Below are positions 1 through 13,777 of a DNA stretch of 64,000 nt, piece after piece. The position numbers were made by a program, and so were the translations under genes. How positions within the stretch are numbered: position 1 is the first letter of the stretch; each line of letters starts with the position of its first letter. Location of the stretch: the NCBI RefSeq assembly GCF_009914755.1, contig NC_060945.1; one strand, written 5' to 3'. The notes under the pieces are model-generated. The model saw nothing but the letters and a program-made list of their open reading frames with translations. It did not search any database and was not told the origin of the DNA. Source of the DNA: the human T2T-CHM13v2.0 reference genome, Homo sapiens.

Positions 1-759
<759 letters not shown>

Positions 760-760
<1 letters not shown>

Positions 761-1453
761 CCTTAAGGGAAGGGGAGCATGCAGACGGACAGGTGCAGGA
801 GACAGAATGAGTGCTCCTGGTCTCTAGCCCCACAGCAGCGTCCAGGAGTGGGTGCCTGCAGCTCCGAAATCACAATGGGGTGAGTGTTACAGTGCACTCT
901 CTTAGATTTACCATCTATGGATGGCTTAAGTGTTAACCAGCTCAATGTCCTCTTGGTATCCAGGTCCTTGTCTGACATCCAGGAAGAATCAGGTCACACA
1001 AGGACTTGAAGGATGAATGCAGGAATGCAGGGGTTTTATTAAGTGGTGGAGGTGGCTCTCAGCAGGATGAATGGGGAACTGAAAAAGGGATGGAGTGGGA
1101 AGCTGATATTCCCCTGGAGTTGACAATCCAGCAGCTGATCACCTCTCTGACTGCCCCCAGCCGATTCCTATTGGCGTTCAGGTGCTCCTTTTCTTCTCTC
1201 TGCCCCATTTTCCTGCCATCCTTCTGCTCTTCTGTTAGTCCTCTCGTCTGCTTGTCTGCTTCTGGAGCCTGGGGTCTGGGACTTATATGGGTACAGAATA
1301 GGGGGTTGTGGCAGGCCAAAAGACAACTTTTGGGTGCCAAAACAGGAATGTCTGTTCCCATTTGGGGCCACAGGTTTCCAGGCTTGAGGGCAGGGTCTTT
1401 GCCAGGGAACCGCCCTCTTCTACCCAGTATTTCCCTGTCTCCTGTCCATATCA
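760..1453 (-). mobile_element. ERV1 solo LTR, LTR27/LTR28/MER61-like, main body
   Basis: Minus strand starts TGATATGGACAGGAGACAGGGAAATACTGGGTAGAAGAGGGCGGTTCCC; internal AATAAA (plus 'ttttatt' ~1034); 4 bp TSD CTAC/CTAT shared with the inverted 3' piece. Confidence 0.85.
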
Positions 1454-1980
1454 GTAGCTGAGATTTCTAAGGCTGGTATTTTAAAGGGGTTGAGGTAACC
1501 CTAGGGACATGGTCCAGGATCACCATGGCTAGAGTGTGATCAAGTTTTGGTGTGCTGGGTTGAACAGAGACTTTTGCAGTTCTCACCCAGTTCCCATTAT
1601 ACTAAAGTTTACTGTACTTATCTACCAACTTGTTGACTTTCTTGTCCAACTTAACACTTGGAGTGTTAAGATTGCAGAAGCATCTGGAACCCCAAATATT
1701 CTTTGAGGAATTTTCTTTGTACTGATACAGTCTGTAATATCTGGTGTACCCACCTACTATAGGTTGTGTTTCACAGGGATCACGTGGGTTTTTAGGGGCA
1801 TATAGCTGAAAGTGGACTCAAGTACAGAGAGTCACTATTTGTGGCCTCAAACCATTGTTTCCTTCTTAGATGTAAGATTTTTCCTTATGTGTTTATTTAC
1901 AGACTCCTTCCTCATTTTTTTTTCCTTAGGAAATTTCTAACTTTTTTTTACCTTCCATGCTTTCTGTTGAATGCATTCCT

Positions 1981-2291
1981 TTATTTATTTATTTTTTATT
2001 TTAGTTTAATTTTTTGAGACGGTGTCTCACTCTGTTGCCCAGGCTGGAGTGCAGTGGTGCAATTTTGGCTCACTGCAAGTTCTACCTCCCGGTTCACGCC
2101 ATTCTCCTGTCTCAGCCTCCTGAGTAGCTGGGACTACAGGCACCCACCACTATGCTTAATTTTTTGTATTTTTAGTAGAGATGGGGTTTCACCATCTTGG
2201 CCAGGATGGTTTCAATCTCCTGACCTCGTGATCCACCCACCTGGGCCTCCCAAAGTGCTGGGATTACAGGCGTGAGCCACCATGCCTAGCC
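1981..2291 (-). mobile_element. Alu (AluSc/AluY-like), full length
   Basis: Dimeric Alu; TSD 'cattcctttattt' on both sides. Confidence 0.95.
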
Positions 2292-2646
2292 ACATTCCTT
2301 TATTTCTATCAAGCAGATCAGTGTATGTTAGAAAGAACCTTAATTTTGGATAAGATTTTTACCTTTCATGGGCTAAAAGTCTCCATTAAAGAAAATTAAT
2401 AGATAAATATGTTAACATCTTGGTATTAGTTTATTTGAACCTGAGCTCATACTCAATCAGTGTTTTCAGCAATATTTAATTCTGTTTTTGTAGGTTTCAC
2501 ATTCTACTTGCAAAATAATGGATGATTATTACCTTTTTATTATGATGATGTTTGTGAGTGAATTTTCAGGCCTTTTTATTGGAATTTGTGATCACATTGA
2601 GAGCCATAAAATATTTTACATTTTTCAGATAGAAGTAATAGTACGG

Positions 2647-2959
2647 GGCTGGGTGCAGTGGCTCACGCTTGTAATCCCAGTTCTTTGGGAGGCCAAGATG
2701 GGCGGATCACCTGAGGTCAGGAGTTCAAGACCAGCCTCCCCAACATGGTGAAGCCCTATCTCTACTAAAAATAGAAAAATTAACCAGGCATGGTGGCGCA
2801 TGCTTGTAGTCCCAGCTGCTAGCAAGGCTGAAGCTGGATGATATCTTGAACCCGGGAGGCAGAGGATACAGTGAGTCGAGATTGTGCCACTGCACTCCAG
2901 CCTAGGAGACAGATGGAGACCCTGTCTCAAAAAAAAAAAAAAAAAAAAGGAAAAAAAAA
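2647..2959 (+). mobile_element. AluSx/Sz-like, full length
   Basis: 'gatcacctgaggtcaggagttc'; poly-A; degenerate TSD gaagtaatagt/gaagtgatagt. Confidence 0.95.
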
Positions 2960-4974
2960 GTGAAGTGATAGTGGGACCCACTTCTGAAAGAGATCCTGTT
3001 GCATCCTTATCCCTCTGTTAGTTCTCTCATATATGCAATGGGGAGTTTCTGTTAAGTTTTTTGATTTATGAAATGATACTCAATGCCAGGAATGACACTA
3101 ATTAAAATCCGTATATTTACTCATTTGAATCTTGACAATCATTCTTATTTAGATGAACCTCATTCAAATAGTTAATATTTAACATGTTTTCTTCAGGAAT
3201 TTTTATTAGCAATGAGAATGTTAATTGAGGATGGCTGGGCTGGCTGGGCTTACATTCCATAAGAATTGTACCCTTTTATTGAATATTTAAACTAAGTTTA
3301 AGTATATATAAAAGAACAGATATTGCAACATGTTTCTGGTATTAATTTCCAAAAAACTTTTTTATACGTGAAATTATGAAATGGTACTTCCTATAGTCTA
3401 GTACTAAAAATAAAAAAAAGTCTTTTATCATTCTTACTGCATAAAAATGCTTTAGTGCGTATTGTTAAGAAGAATAAACCAATCCACTTTAGTTTCCTTA
3501 TCCCTGTGACTCATTTATGCACTTGATATTTCTCAGTGTAGCCCTACAACAATGTCTTTAAATTATGTAATTTTCTATGAATTCAACAAAAGAAACCTAA
3601 AAGTTGACTCTGAGCATTTTCTTGGCCTTCCTCATTTTGTGGTTGATTGTGGCCTACATAATTTCCCTGAAATGAGTCAGCTTCCTTCCAAATAGTTTAG
3701 GATTCCAAGCCCTCTATATAGCCTGCTGCTCAACACTTGTTCTTTGCTCATTTCTACTGCCAATATATTTTGTTATAAAAATGAACCACATTTTTCGGCC
3801 AATAATAATATATTTGCTATAAAGGTTATATTGCCAATTTCACTAGGTTCCATAAAGAACCTTATCATCACCACTGCTATTTCTCTAAATAAATATATGC
3901 ATGAAAATTGTGTAGAGGGAGAAAGTTTTAAAACATTAATTATGTATACAGAAAGTTCCAACTGATATCTAGCAAAAACATGAATAATTTTTCAGTTTCA
4001 TTCACCTAGTGTGCAAACTAGGATCAATCATAATGAAAAAAAAAACCCTCCCCCAAAACAGCTACAGCTTCATTTTTCTCGTCTTCTCTGTAATGAAGGC
4101 TCCAAGTTGACACAGATGGTAATAATAAAGAGGCCAGTTCTGAGAGCTGCCAACTGCGTCATCCTGACCCCTTTCAACACACCTCATCCGAAACGATAAC
4201 TATAATTCCTGTCCTACATTACACTCTGCTGTAGTGCCACACATCTTTTAAAAGTATTAAGGAAACCATTCAGAGAGCATTATTGGAAAATAAGAGAGGG
4301 CAACTATTCTGGTCAATCAAGTAATGAGTTTTAATACTTCCCAGCAGTTACCTAAAATCCCAGCTGATTTCAAAGACTAAGAGGTAAAAGGGAAAAGGCT
4401 CAATGGCAGAGTGGGGATGGGCTGGGGAGAAATCCTTTAGAGCTAATATGTTATCTGACAGTGTTATCTTCCTCCACTTTTATCTGCAGTATTTCAACAT
4501 ACATAAATCTATTATAGTGTTGGAGAAAGGGCCCACTGTCTGAACCTTTATTCTTTTAGGAGAAACATCCATGTAAAGCTCTTTGTAGATTAAGCAATTC
4601 AATTTTATACATAGAGAATGCCTAATTGGCCAAAAAAATTCTATTCTACTTAAAGCTATACCATAATTAAAAAATAGTAAATAGCAAGAGCGCTTTAAAA
4701 TAAATTTGATCAATGAATATTCCTTGTCCATTTGTATAAAATACTTAAATAAAAAGTTTTGTAAAATGTTATGATATTTATCTGCTCTAAAATATTTTAC
4801 TATTAACTCAAACTTTTACCCTAGGACTGATTCATATTTACACAACTTCAATGTTGAAGTAAAATCCTACAGCCTATCATGTGAATTTATACAAATCATG
4901 TATGTAGTATGTAGGGTTTTTTCTTTTTCAAATTAAGAATATCAGAAAATACAAAACAAAATTTTATTTATTAT

Positions 4975-5448
4975 TCATTATTTCAGATCTGCAGTAAACA
5001 GAATCCTGCTCAGATAATTTGAGAAATTTTCCAAATAAGAGTATGAATGAACAAATGTTGAGACATCTAGAGATTAGCAGCTGTGGGAAGTCATTGCCAG
5101 CTCTAAGCTGAAGAGCAAAGGAGGTAATAGCACTACAGGATCTGAAGAGTAATAGAGCCTTAAGGTAGTGGTCTTCCTCATTGGAACTGCAGTCATTGAA
5201 GGTATCGACCACTGACAGACAATGCTGCCAAATATGATAGGGAGTGGGGAACAAATACCCCAACCTTCCCTCTTGCCTTGTGATTGGCATGCCATTGCTC
5301 CCCATTTCCTGAACCCAGCAATCTGAAGCCAAATGGAAAGAAAGTCAGTAACACAATCCAAGGGAGTCAGCCTCTCAGAACAGAAAAAAGAACATGAAAA
5401 GACAAAGACTTGATTGAGGTCAGAAGGCAAAATAAGAAACCCAACACA
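4975..5448 (-). mobile_element. Ancient ERVL LTR (LTR33-like), degenerate
   Basis: 'aaataccccaaccttccctc', 'gagtcagcctctc', terminal 'ccaacaca' resemble reverse LTR33. Confidence 0.55.
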
Positions 5449-5670
5449 TCCATATTCCCAACACAAAGACTTGACCACAGAGAATTAATAGCTGGTAAAT
5501 TTTGCCTACAGCTACTTAACAAAAAATAAATATCACTCTATTTGGATATGCATGGTAAATTTCTGCATATACCATGCATATGGATTTTCAAAGATGTAAA
5601 AAAAATGCATAAAATCACAAATAGGAAGAAACAATCATTCCAAATATTTACACATGAAAGTAAGCATCAC

Positions 5671-6218
5671 TGTGATGGTTAATATTGAGTGTCAACTTGA
5701 TTGGATTAAAGGATACGAAGTATTATTCCTGGGTGTGTCTGTGAGGGGGTTACCAAAGGAGATTAACACTTGAGTCAATGGACTAGGAGAGACAGACCCA
5801 CCCTTAATCTGGGTGGGCACCGTCTAACCAGCTGCCAGAACAGCTAGGATAAAAGCAGGCACAGAACGTGAAAGGACTGGTCTGGCTAAGTTATCTGGGC
5901 TCCATCTTTCTCCTGTGCTGGATGCTTCCTGGCCTTGAACATCAGACTCCAAGTTATTCAGCTTTTGGACTCGTGAACATACATCAGTGATTTGCCAGGG
6001 GTTCTCAGGCCTTCAGCCACAGACTGAAGGCTGCACTGTCGGCTTCTCTACTTTTGAGGTTTTGGGACTTTGACTTGCTTCCTGGCTCCTCAACTTGCAG
6101 ATGGCCTATTAGGGGACCTCACCTTGTGATTGTGTGGGTCAATTTCCCTTAAAAACTCCCCTTCATATATTCATCTATCCTATTAGTTCCGTTTCTTTAG
6201 AGAACCCTGACTAATGTA
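5671..6218 (+). mobile_element. MLT2A (MLT2A2-like) HERV-L solo LTR
   Basis: Starts 'tgtgatggttaatattgagtgtcaacttgattggatt', ends 'gagaaccctgactaatgta'; TSD atcac/atcat. Confidence 0.92.
5698..5708 (-). promoter_or_regulatory. DUX4 consensus motif TAATCCAATCA in MLT2A
   Basis: Plus 'tgattggatta' is the reverse complement of a TAAYYYAATCA match; binding not shown. Confidence 0.55.
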
Positions 6219-6779
6219 ATCATTAACTATGAGTGAACCTCATTTCAGATATTTTTCTATGGATATACACATATGGAAAAACAGAAAGACAAAGATAAAC
6301 TTTTTGTTAATAAACATGAGACTATACTATATAAAGCAATTACAGTAAAATCAATGAATTTATTTTACTTTAATTTATAAGAATAAAATATCTGAAATAA
6401 AGGAGTTCAAATAAATGTTTCCTTACCACAGTGCTGTTTTATATTTTAAAACAACCTAAAGTTTAGAAAATATTTTACTCAGATTAAAAGATACGCATCG
6501 GTAATGTAATCATAGTTTTCCATTTAAAAAATCTATTAACTTTCTGCTACAAACAAGGAAGATATTAGAATGTAGCATATTTCCATCCATCTTCTGCTTA
6601 TATCCCAACGTTTGTAAAATATATTATTCTATTTACATTATTCGGGTTTACTTTTTATATTGTTACATTCTGCAAAAATGTTTAGTTCTATTTTCAAGGG
6701 GAATAGATTTTTATTTGTGTAGGTGTTATAAGACTGTCTTTACTTGAATTCTTTGAGTCTTACATTCCATAAATTATTA

Positions 6780-7100
6780 GGGTCTTTCATGTTTTCAAAT
6801 GTCTCCATGCCTTGTTGATACTTGAACTCTAACTTAGCTGGCTATACAATGATTGGGTCACATTTCTTTACCTTTTGAACTTTTAGAAGTTGCTTCGTTG
6901 TCTCTAGCCACAACATACTGATGGCTGTGGAGAAAATATGGGACTCATCTGATTTGTCTTCTCTGTTTGTATTTTCTTTCTCTGCTCTAGATGCCTGATG
7001 AATGATACCTTTACCTTGAAATTTAATAGCCTGAAAAGGTTGTCTTGATGTTAGGTAACATGAATTAAAATTTTATGGTACACCATCTGCAGTTTAAGTT
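6780..7100 (-). mobile_element. Ancient L1M/HAL1 fragment
   Basis: 'ttagctggctatacaatgattgggtcaca...gctgtggagaaa' resembles antisense old L1 ORF1 region. Confidence 0.4.
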
Positions 7101-7258
7101 TTTTACATTCTTTCTTTTTACATCTCAATTTTAAGAGGTGTTGCAAAGAAATCACTGTAAATACAGAAGTAGCCCTCATGTTCCACCAAAGTCAATTAGA
7201 GTGTTTCATGGATGTGCATGAACCTGTAAATGTCAAGAAAGTTAAAAAACTGAACCCA

Positions 7259-7560
<302 letters not shown>

Positions 7561-8559
7561 CCTGACCCCAACAAAGGGGTCTTACAAAAAACAAGGAACA
7601 AACAAACAAAAATGTTACAACCGAACAACAGACTTTTGAGTCATGTTTCAGGCCAAGAGGTGATGAGTTACTGTAGTTGCTTGAGCTGGTTGGTGAAATA
7701 TTACCTGGCAACAAAACTGAAATAGAAGGTGGCTTAGTAAAATGCAGATTCAGAATGAGTGCCTTAAGGTTAAGGCATATAAGACCAAACTGATTTTCTT
7801 TTTCACGAGGTCTTCAGGTAAGGCCATTGTAGAAGATACCTTGTTTGGGAACTTCAGTAAATTACTTCACTTGTCTCATATTTTCATTTTCAGGATGGAG
7901 GCTTGAGATTGAATTGTAGTGCAATTAGGTAAATTTTTACCCATTTTAAATATAATATTAAAATATTAATTATAAATTACCTTATTTGAATCTGGAATAA
8001 TATTTATTGCAGGGCATATAATCTAAGCTGTAAACGTCCTGTTAGAAGACAACATATTCATCTTGCTAAGGTATAAGCTATATGACTGGCACTGTGCTCA
8101 ACTCAGAGTCATTGAATGAACAGTATTTATTTAATCTATGAATGAGAGCACTTCAAGTATACAGAAAGATATCTCAAAAGATTCAGCCTTACATTGCTCA
8201 TAACTTCAATGACTTAGATGAAAACCTCCTGAACATTTTTATCAGTTGTATAGGTACCCCAAATCATAAGGGAATGTTTATCAATTAGATGATGAAATGG
8301 GGATGCAACTACATCATGGCAGGCTAAAGCAATAGAATGACTTTGACAAGAGGAAATTACATAGAGGCACCTGAGTCTCCTAAACCAATTTCAAAGGTAT
8401 GAGAGGGGGGTGATATAAATAAATAGTTGATAGATGAAAAAACTCAGAAGTTATAGTTGACAGCAATTTTAATATAATATGAAAAATGTGGTTGGACTTT
8501 TAGGGAAAAAAACCTAATAAAATCTAATGGAAATTAGTGGTCCACTCATTTCTCCACCT

Positions 8560-9010
8560 AGGATGTTAAAAATATTTCTTCTGGGTATGACATCCCAGAA
8601 GAGGTGTAGGCCTTCGAAGTCATGCTCAGAAGGAAGATATCAGAGGGGTTAAAGGAAATTTGATGCCAGGTGTAAAACGTATTTCAAAGAACTGAACATC
8701 TTACACTAAGTAAAATTCTATTGGGTGAAGGCCAAATATCTCCAAACATATGAAGAGGTGTCATGTAAAAAGATATTACATGTGATCTCTGTAGCCCCAG
8801 GGGTTCCTGCTGATCTAGGACATATGTACTGAAGTTATGAACAGAAATTTAAAAATCAGAGAAACCTAAACATGAGAAGCATCACGTGGACGGCTCTGAT
8901 GTGTAAATCCTCATCACTGGAAGTGTTCGAAAGAGGCAGAATAACCCCTTTAAAAGGCTTTTAATAAAGTTATCAAAAATTGTAAAAATAATGAAATTAT
9001 TTTGAAGTCC
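8560..9010 (+). mobile_element. L3/CR1 3' fragment
   Basis: 'ccaaacatatgaagaggtgtcatgt...ctgtagccccagggg...tcatcactggaagtgttcgaaagagg'. Confidence 0.5.
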
Positions 9011-9079
9011 TTTCTAAACTAAAATTATATAACTATTAATACATCATTTCTTCCATTTTTTTAAGAATGTGAAAAATAA

Positions 9080-9245
9080 TTTAACCTAGGCTACCTAGGT
9101 GTAAATCACGTTTCCACCAGTCCTTAGTTGTACAGTATTGAAAAAAGTATGTAAATTGTTACTGTTTATGTTTCTTCACCTGCAAAATGACAATAAATGG
9201 GTTATTGAGGCTATCACATGAATTAATATCTGGAAGATACAGTGA
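9080..9245 (+). mobile_element. MIR
   Basis: Core-like 'tttcttcacctgcaaaatgac...gggttattgagg'. Confidence 0.5.
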
Positions 9246-9945
9246 ATGTCAGAGTAAAAATGCACATGCAACAAAACTAGTTTTTAATATTTTGTGGAAA
9301 ACATTGAAAAATTTGACTCAGCACTACTGTTCAATCCCTGCAGAAAACTAGATTGCCAGTGGAAGAGTCTTGAGAGGGACAAAATGCCGAAGGACAAAGA
9401 AGAGCAAACTCAGTCACCTAACAATAACCACAGCACCTCCATTTGAGCTATGCCTGTTATAGAGTGTCTCATAGTCACTGGTCTATAGTAAGTATAAAAA
9501 AATTGTGATCAAGTGAATATATACATTAATCAATTAATATCAGGCTTCTCTATAAAATTTAATACTTATGAAATGTGTCTGGTGCTGAAATACATTGTAA
9601 AAATATCCCACTAATCTTAATTCAATAGTTTGTTCATCAGAAATATCATTAAGATATCCATTGGTAATAATTAATAATAAAACTTGACGCAGACTTAGTG
9701 CAGAACCAGGGCCATGAACCCTTATGATGAATGAAGAAAGGTATCACATCTTTCCACCCCTACATCCCATTGATGACAGTTGACAAAGTAAAGAGTAAAA
9801 CTGAATATACGGTGGTCCTCCAGCTAGTGTCCCTGGGGTCAGGTCCCTGGAGTATCTGGATCCTTCTCGATTTCAACCCTGATTTTACACTTCTCACCAT
9901 TTTGCATTCTTTGAAATTCTTGTCTTTTAGTGTTTATGTCAAAGA

Positions 9946-9981
<36 letters not shown>
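9946..9981. repeat. (CT)n(CA)n compound microsatellite
   Basis: Seen directly. Confidence 0.95.
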
Positions 9982-9982
<1 letters not shown>

Positions 9983-10289
9983 ACTCTTTTCATTCTTACA
10001 TTTAACTTTTATTTTCATCAAAATATGTACATAGTTTTGAGTTAAATAGATTTAGATTTTTTCCATAAAACAGGATTATACCAATTCAATCTCTTTTTTC
10101 CTCCACTTTCAACCATGTTAACTAATTATTTTGATATTTACCTTCAGAAGTCAAACAACATACACTTAGCATCGTATGTTTCCTCCCATTTTGGAAAGTG
10201 AAGATTTATCTCTCAACTCTCTATTCAGTTCTCATTTTGGGATTTTCTGTAAGCATGATTCTAGCATTATTTTAAGGTAAGTTTAAACA

Positions 10290-10400
10290 AGGTAGGATCT
10301 TTTTGTGTTTGTTCACTGATGTATCTCAAGCATTCCCAGCAGTAAAGATAGGTACAAGAAAGATATTTAATAAATAATTTTTGAACTGATGAATGAATCC
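10290..10400 (+). mobile_element. L2 3' end
   Basis: 'tttgttcactgatgtatctcaagcat...aataaata...gaatgaat'. Confidence 0.5.
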
Positions 10401-10579
10401 TAACTTTTTTTGTCTTTTACTTCTCTCTTTTATTTGACTATCTTGTTCATTTAGCCTATGTCTTCCTCTTTCTTGTTTTATTCCCTTTGTGGGCCGAACA
10501 CAACCCCCAAAAGCTTTAAAAGAAAGAGTGTATACATGGTTTTTAATTTTGTTTTTGTGTTTTAAAACATTAAATGTAT

Positions 10580-11510
10580 CAAAATGCTTTTATTCTATAT
10601 TTAAACTTGAATAATTCTTTATCTAGGTATAGGATTCTAGGTTGGAAATCATATTCCCTTAGAATTTTGAAGTTATTGATCTATTGTTTTTTAATATCTT
10701 CACTGTACTCTTACTTTTGGTGAGAGCTTGGCAGGGTTTGGAAATACAGATTGAAAGTAAATTTCCCTATGATAGAAGTACTTGCTTTATTGTATTCTAG
10801 TTTTAGCATTTAAGTAAAAATGCCCATGGCAGTCATCATTAACCTTGTATGTGTTTGTTCTTTTTCTCTGGAAGCTATGGGCTCTGCTATTTTCTCCAGT
10901 GTTCCAAGGCCTTAAAAACCTTTGTCTTAGTGTTCATTTATTTTTAACCATTGTACTGGTTAAAATGGACCCTTTTAATCTGAACAGTTTTATGTGCCCA
11001 ATTCTCAGAAAGTTTCTTCAATTGACTGGATGATTTTCTCTCTTCATTTTTCTCTATCAAATTATTTGGATATTGAATCTACTACACTGATTCATTCCAA
11101 CATTACAATTCTTTACCTTTGATTTTTAAATCCTTCCAGTTTGTACTGTATGTTGTATGAGGTTTTCTCAAGTTTACCTTCCAATCTTTGTATTAATTGT
11201 TTCATTTCTACCTGTCCAGTTCTCAGGAACTTTCATCAATTGACTGAATGATTTCCTCTCTTCATTTTTCTCTATCAAATTACTTGGATATTGAATCTAC
11301 TGGTTTGATTGATTCTAACATTATAATTCTTTACCTTTGATTTTTAAATCCTTCCAGTTTATACTGTATGTTGTTTATCTTCTAATCTTTTTATTGACTG
11401 TTTCCTTTGTATTATAGATGCCATTTCTGAGACCTTTTCTATTCTCTGGTGTTTGTATCATCCTCTTCTTGTTTTATGGATGCATTATCTTCTCTTATCT
11501 CTCTGAGGTG
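10580..11510 (-). mobile_element. Ancient L1M/HAL1 fragment containing a tandem duplication
   Basis: 'aggtataggattctaggttggaaatcatattcccttagaattttgaag'; 'tggatgcattatcttctcttatctctctgag'. Confidence 0.55.
10995..11411 (+). repeat. Two-copy tandem duplication, ~218 bp period
   Basis: 'ctctcttcatttttctctatcaaatta' and 'aattctttacctttgatttttaaatccttccagttt' each occur twice, 218 bp apart. Confidence 0.92.
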
Positions 11511-12524
11511 ATTAAATGGCTAAAATGCAAAACTTTGGGAAAGGCTTGCATGAGTCTTTCAGGTAGATTCATTGCTCTCTGATGGATATCCAAAGATATG
11601 TGATTATACCTATCTGTTTTATGTGTATTCTATTATAATTTTCCCATTATTTAATGTTATCTATAAATTCCCAAGCTGTAAATCTTAGTAGAACTCACAT
11701 TATATTTATATGTGTTCCTCACCATACTCTAAAATGCTCAAGTCATAAGCTTTCTTAATCTTTTTTGAATAAGGAATGGAAAAATTCACACAAAATACAT
11801 ACTTGCTTTTACCTTGTTTATAATTCTATCTTTAGCAGTCAGCAAAGTGCATGTTATGCTTTATATTCTCAGGATACAACTTACCAACAAATTGATGGAA
11901 TTTGAAAGAGATTTTTTTTTGCTTATAAAACATTTTGGTGGCCCTAAATTTTCAAGCATGTGCTTTGTACTTGGGAAGCAATTCACCCATTTATTTGGCA
12001 ACAGTATTTCTTTCATATCTACTTGGTGCTATGGAGAAGTAAATTAAAACAAAGTTTAAAAAATCTTGTGAATTTAATTATCCAATTACTTAGTTCATTA
12101 CGAATATGTGCAAATCCGAATCGAATAAATAAACAATTCCATGAGGACAGAGGCTCTGCTATTTTACTTGTAATTACACTTTTGGCTCTCATGGCATCTA
12201 TTTATTGTCAGACATTGTTTTTCTACGTAGATACAGTCTAGAGTAGATAATTATTAGATGCAGCCAAAATTTAAAAAGAAATTCAATGAAAGAAACCTTG
12301 TTTTAAGCTGAAGATTGCACAAATTACTTCTTCTCTCAATACCGTCTGATACCCACCATTCTACATAAATAATTTGTACATAGTTGCTCATTGCCTAAAA
12401 AAAAAAATGTTTGCCCGTGTGAGACATCGATGCATCAATAGTGCTTAATTATAATGACAGCTTCAAGCCACAGTATTTTTCCACATTTTTTTAGTTCTAT
12501 GTTCTCTTAAAACTAGTCTACCTA

Positions 12525-12865
<341 letters not shown>

Positions 12866-12878
12866 TCATTTAACAACT

Positions 12879-13432
12879 TGTGTTAGAGAGAATAATAGCC
12901 TCCCAAAAATGCCTATGACTTAGTCACCAGAATCTATTCATCTGTTACCTTACATGGAAAGCAGGACTTTGTGGGTGCTATTAAATTCTTGAGATGGACA
13001 ATTATTCTGGATTATCTAGATAGATAACAATCTAATGATATAATCTCTTTAGAGCAGGAAATCTTTCCTAGCTGGGCCAGAGAGCAAGATGAGACAGGAA
13101 AAAGGAAAGAGTTTCAAAGAGTGAGAGGGACAAGCTTTAATGTTGCTAGCTTTGCAGATGGAAGAATAGGGTGAAAGGTGAGGAATATAGGTGGTTCCAG
13201 GAGCTGGAAATGGCCCTCACTTGAGACAGCCAAAAGATGGGAGCCTCCACCCTACACCACTAAGGATATGTACTCACCCAACAGCCTAAATGAGGTAACA
13301 GGCTTTTTCTAGAGCCTCCTGAGAAGGATACAGCCTGCTTGAAACCTTTGCTGGATTTTGGATAATACATTTGTGTTGTTCAAGTCATTAAATTGACTGT
13401 AATTTGTTATTGCACAATAGAAACCTAATAAA
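12879..13432 (+). mobile_element. MLT1 (MLT1D/E-like) MaLR LTR
   Basis: 'gaataatagcctcccaaa...tgttaccttacatgg...gtaatttgttattgcacaatagaaacctaata'. Confidence 0.75.
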
Positions 13433-13434
13433 CA

Positions 13435-13777
13435 GGCCTGTCACGGTAGCTCACGCCTGTAATCCCAGCACTTTGGGAGGCCGAAATGGGCGGATCGCCT
13501 GAGGTCAGGAGTTTGAGACCAGCCTAGCCAACATGGTGAAACGCCATCTCTGCTAAAAATACAAAAATTAGCTGGGCATGGTGGTGGATGCCTGTAATCC
13601 CAGCTACTCAGGAGGCTGAGGCAGGAGATTGGCATGAACCTGGGAGGTGGAGGTTGCAGGGAGCCGAGGTCACGCCATTGTACTACAGCCTGAGTGACAA
13701 GAGCAAAACTCCATCTCAAAAAAAAGAAAGAGGAAGAAAGAAAAAAAGAAAGAGAGAGAGACAGAAAGAAAGCAAGC
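13435..13777 (+). mobile_element. AluSq/Sx-like with GA-rich tail
   Basis: 'gacaagagcaaaactcc'; TSD 'ctaataaaca'. Confidence 0.94.

Noticed and set aside
1006-1461. Longest ORF (151 aa)
   Set aside because: Lies almost entirely antisense within an LTR, has a non-ATG start and no recognisable domain.
4964-5478. 122 and 134 aa overlapping ORFs
   Set aside because: Within a degenerate LTR33-like element; no protein similarity recognised.
5546-5581. 12 bp perfect inverted repeat with a 12 nt loop
   Set aside because: Too short for a miRNA hairpin; no other support.
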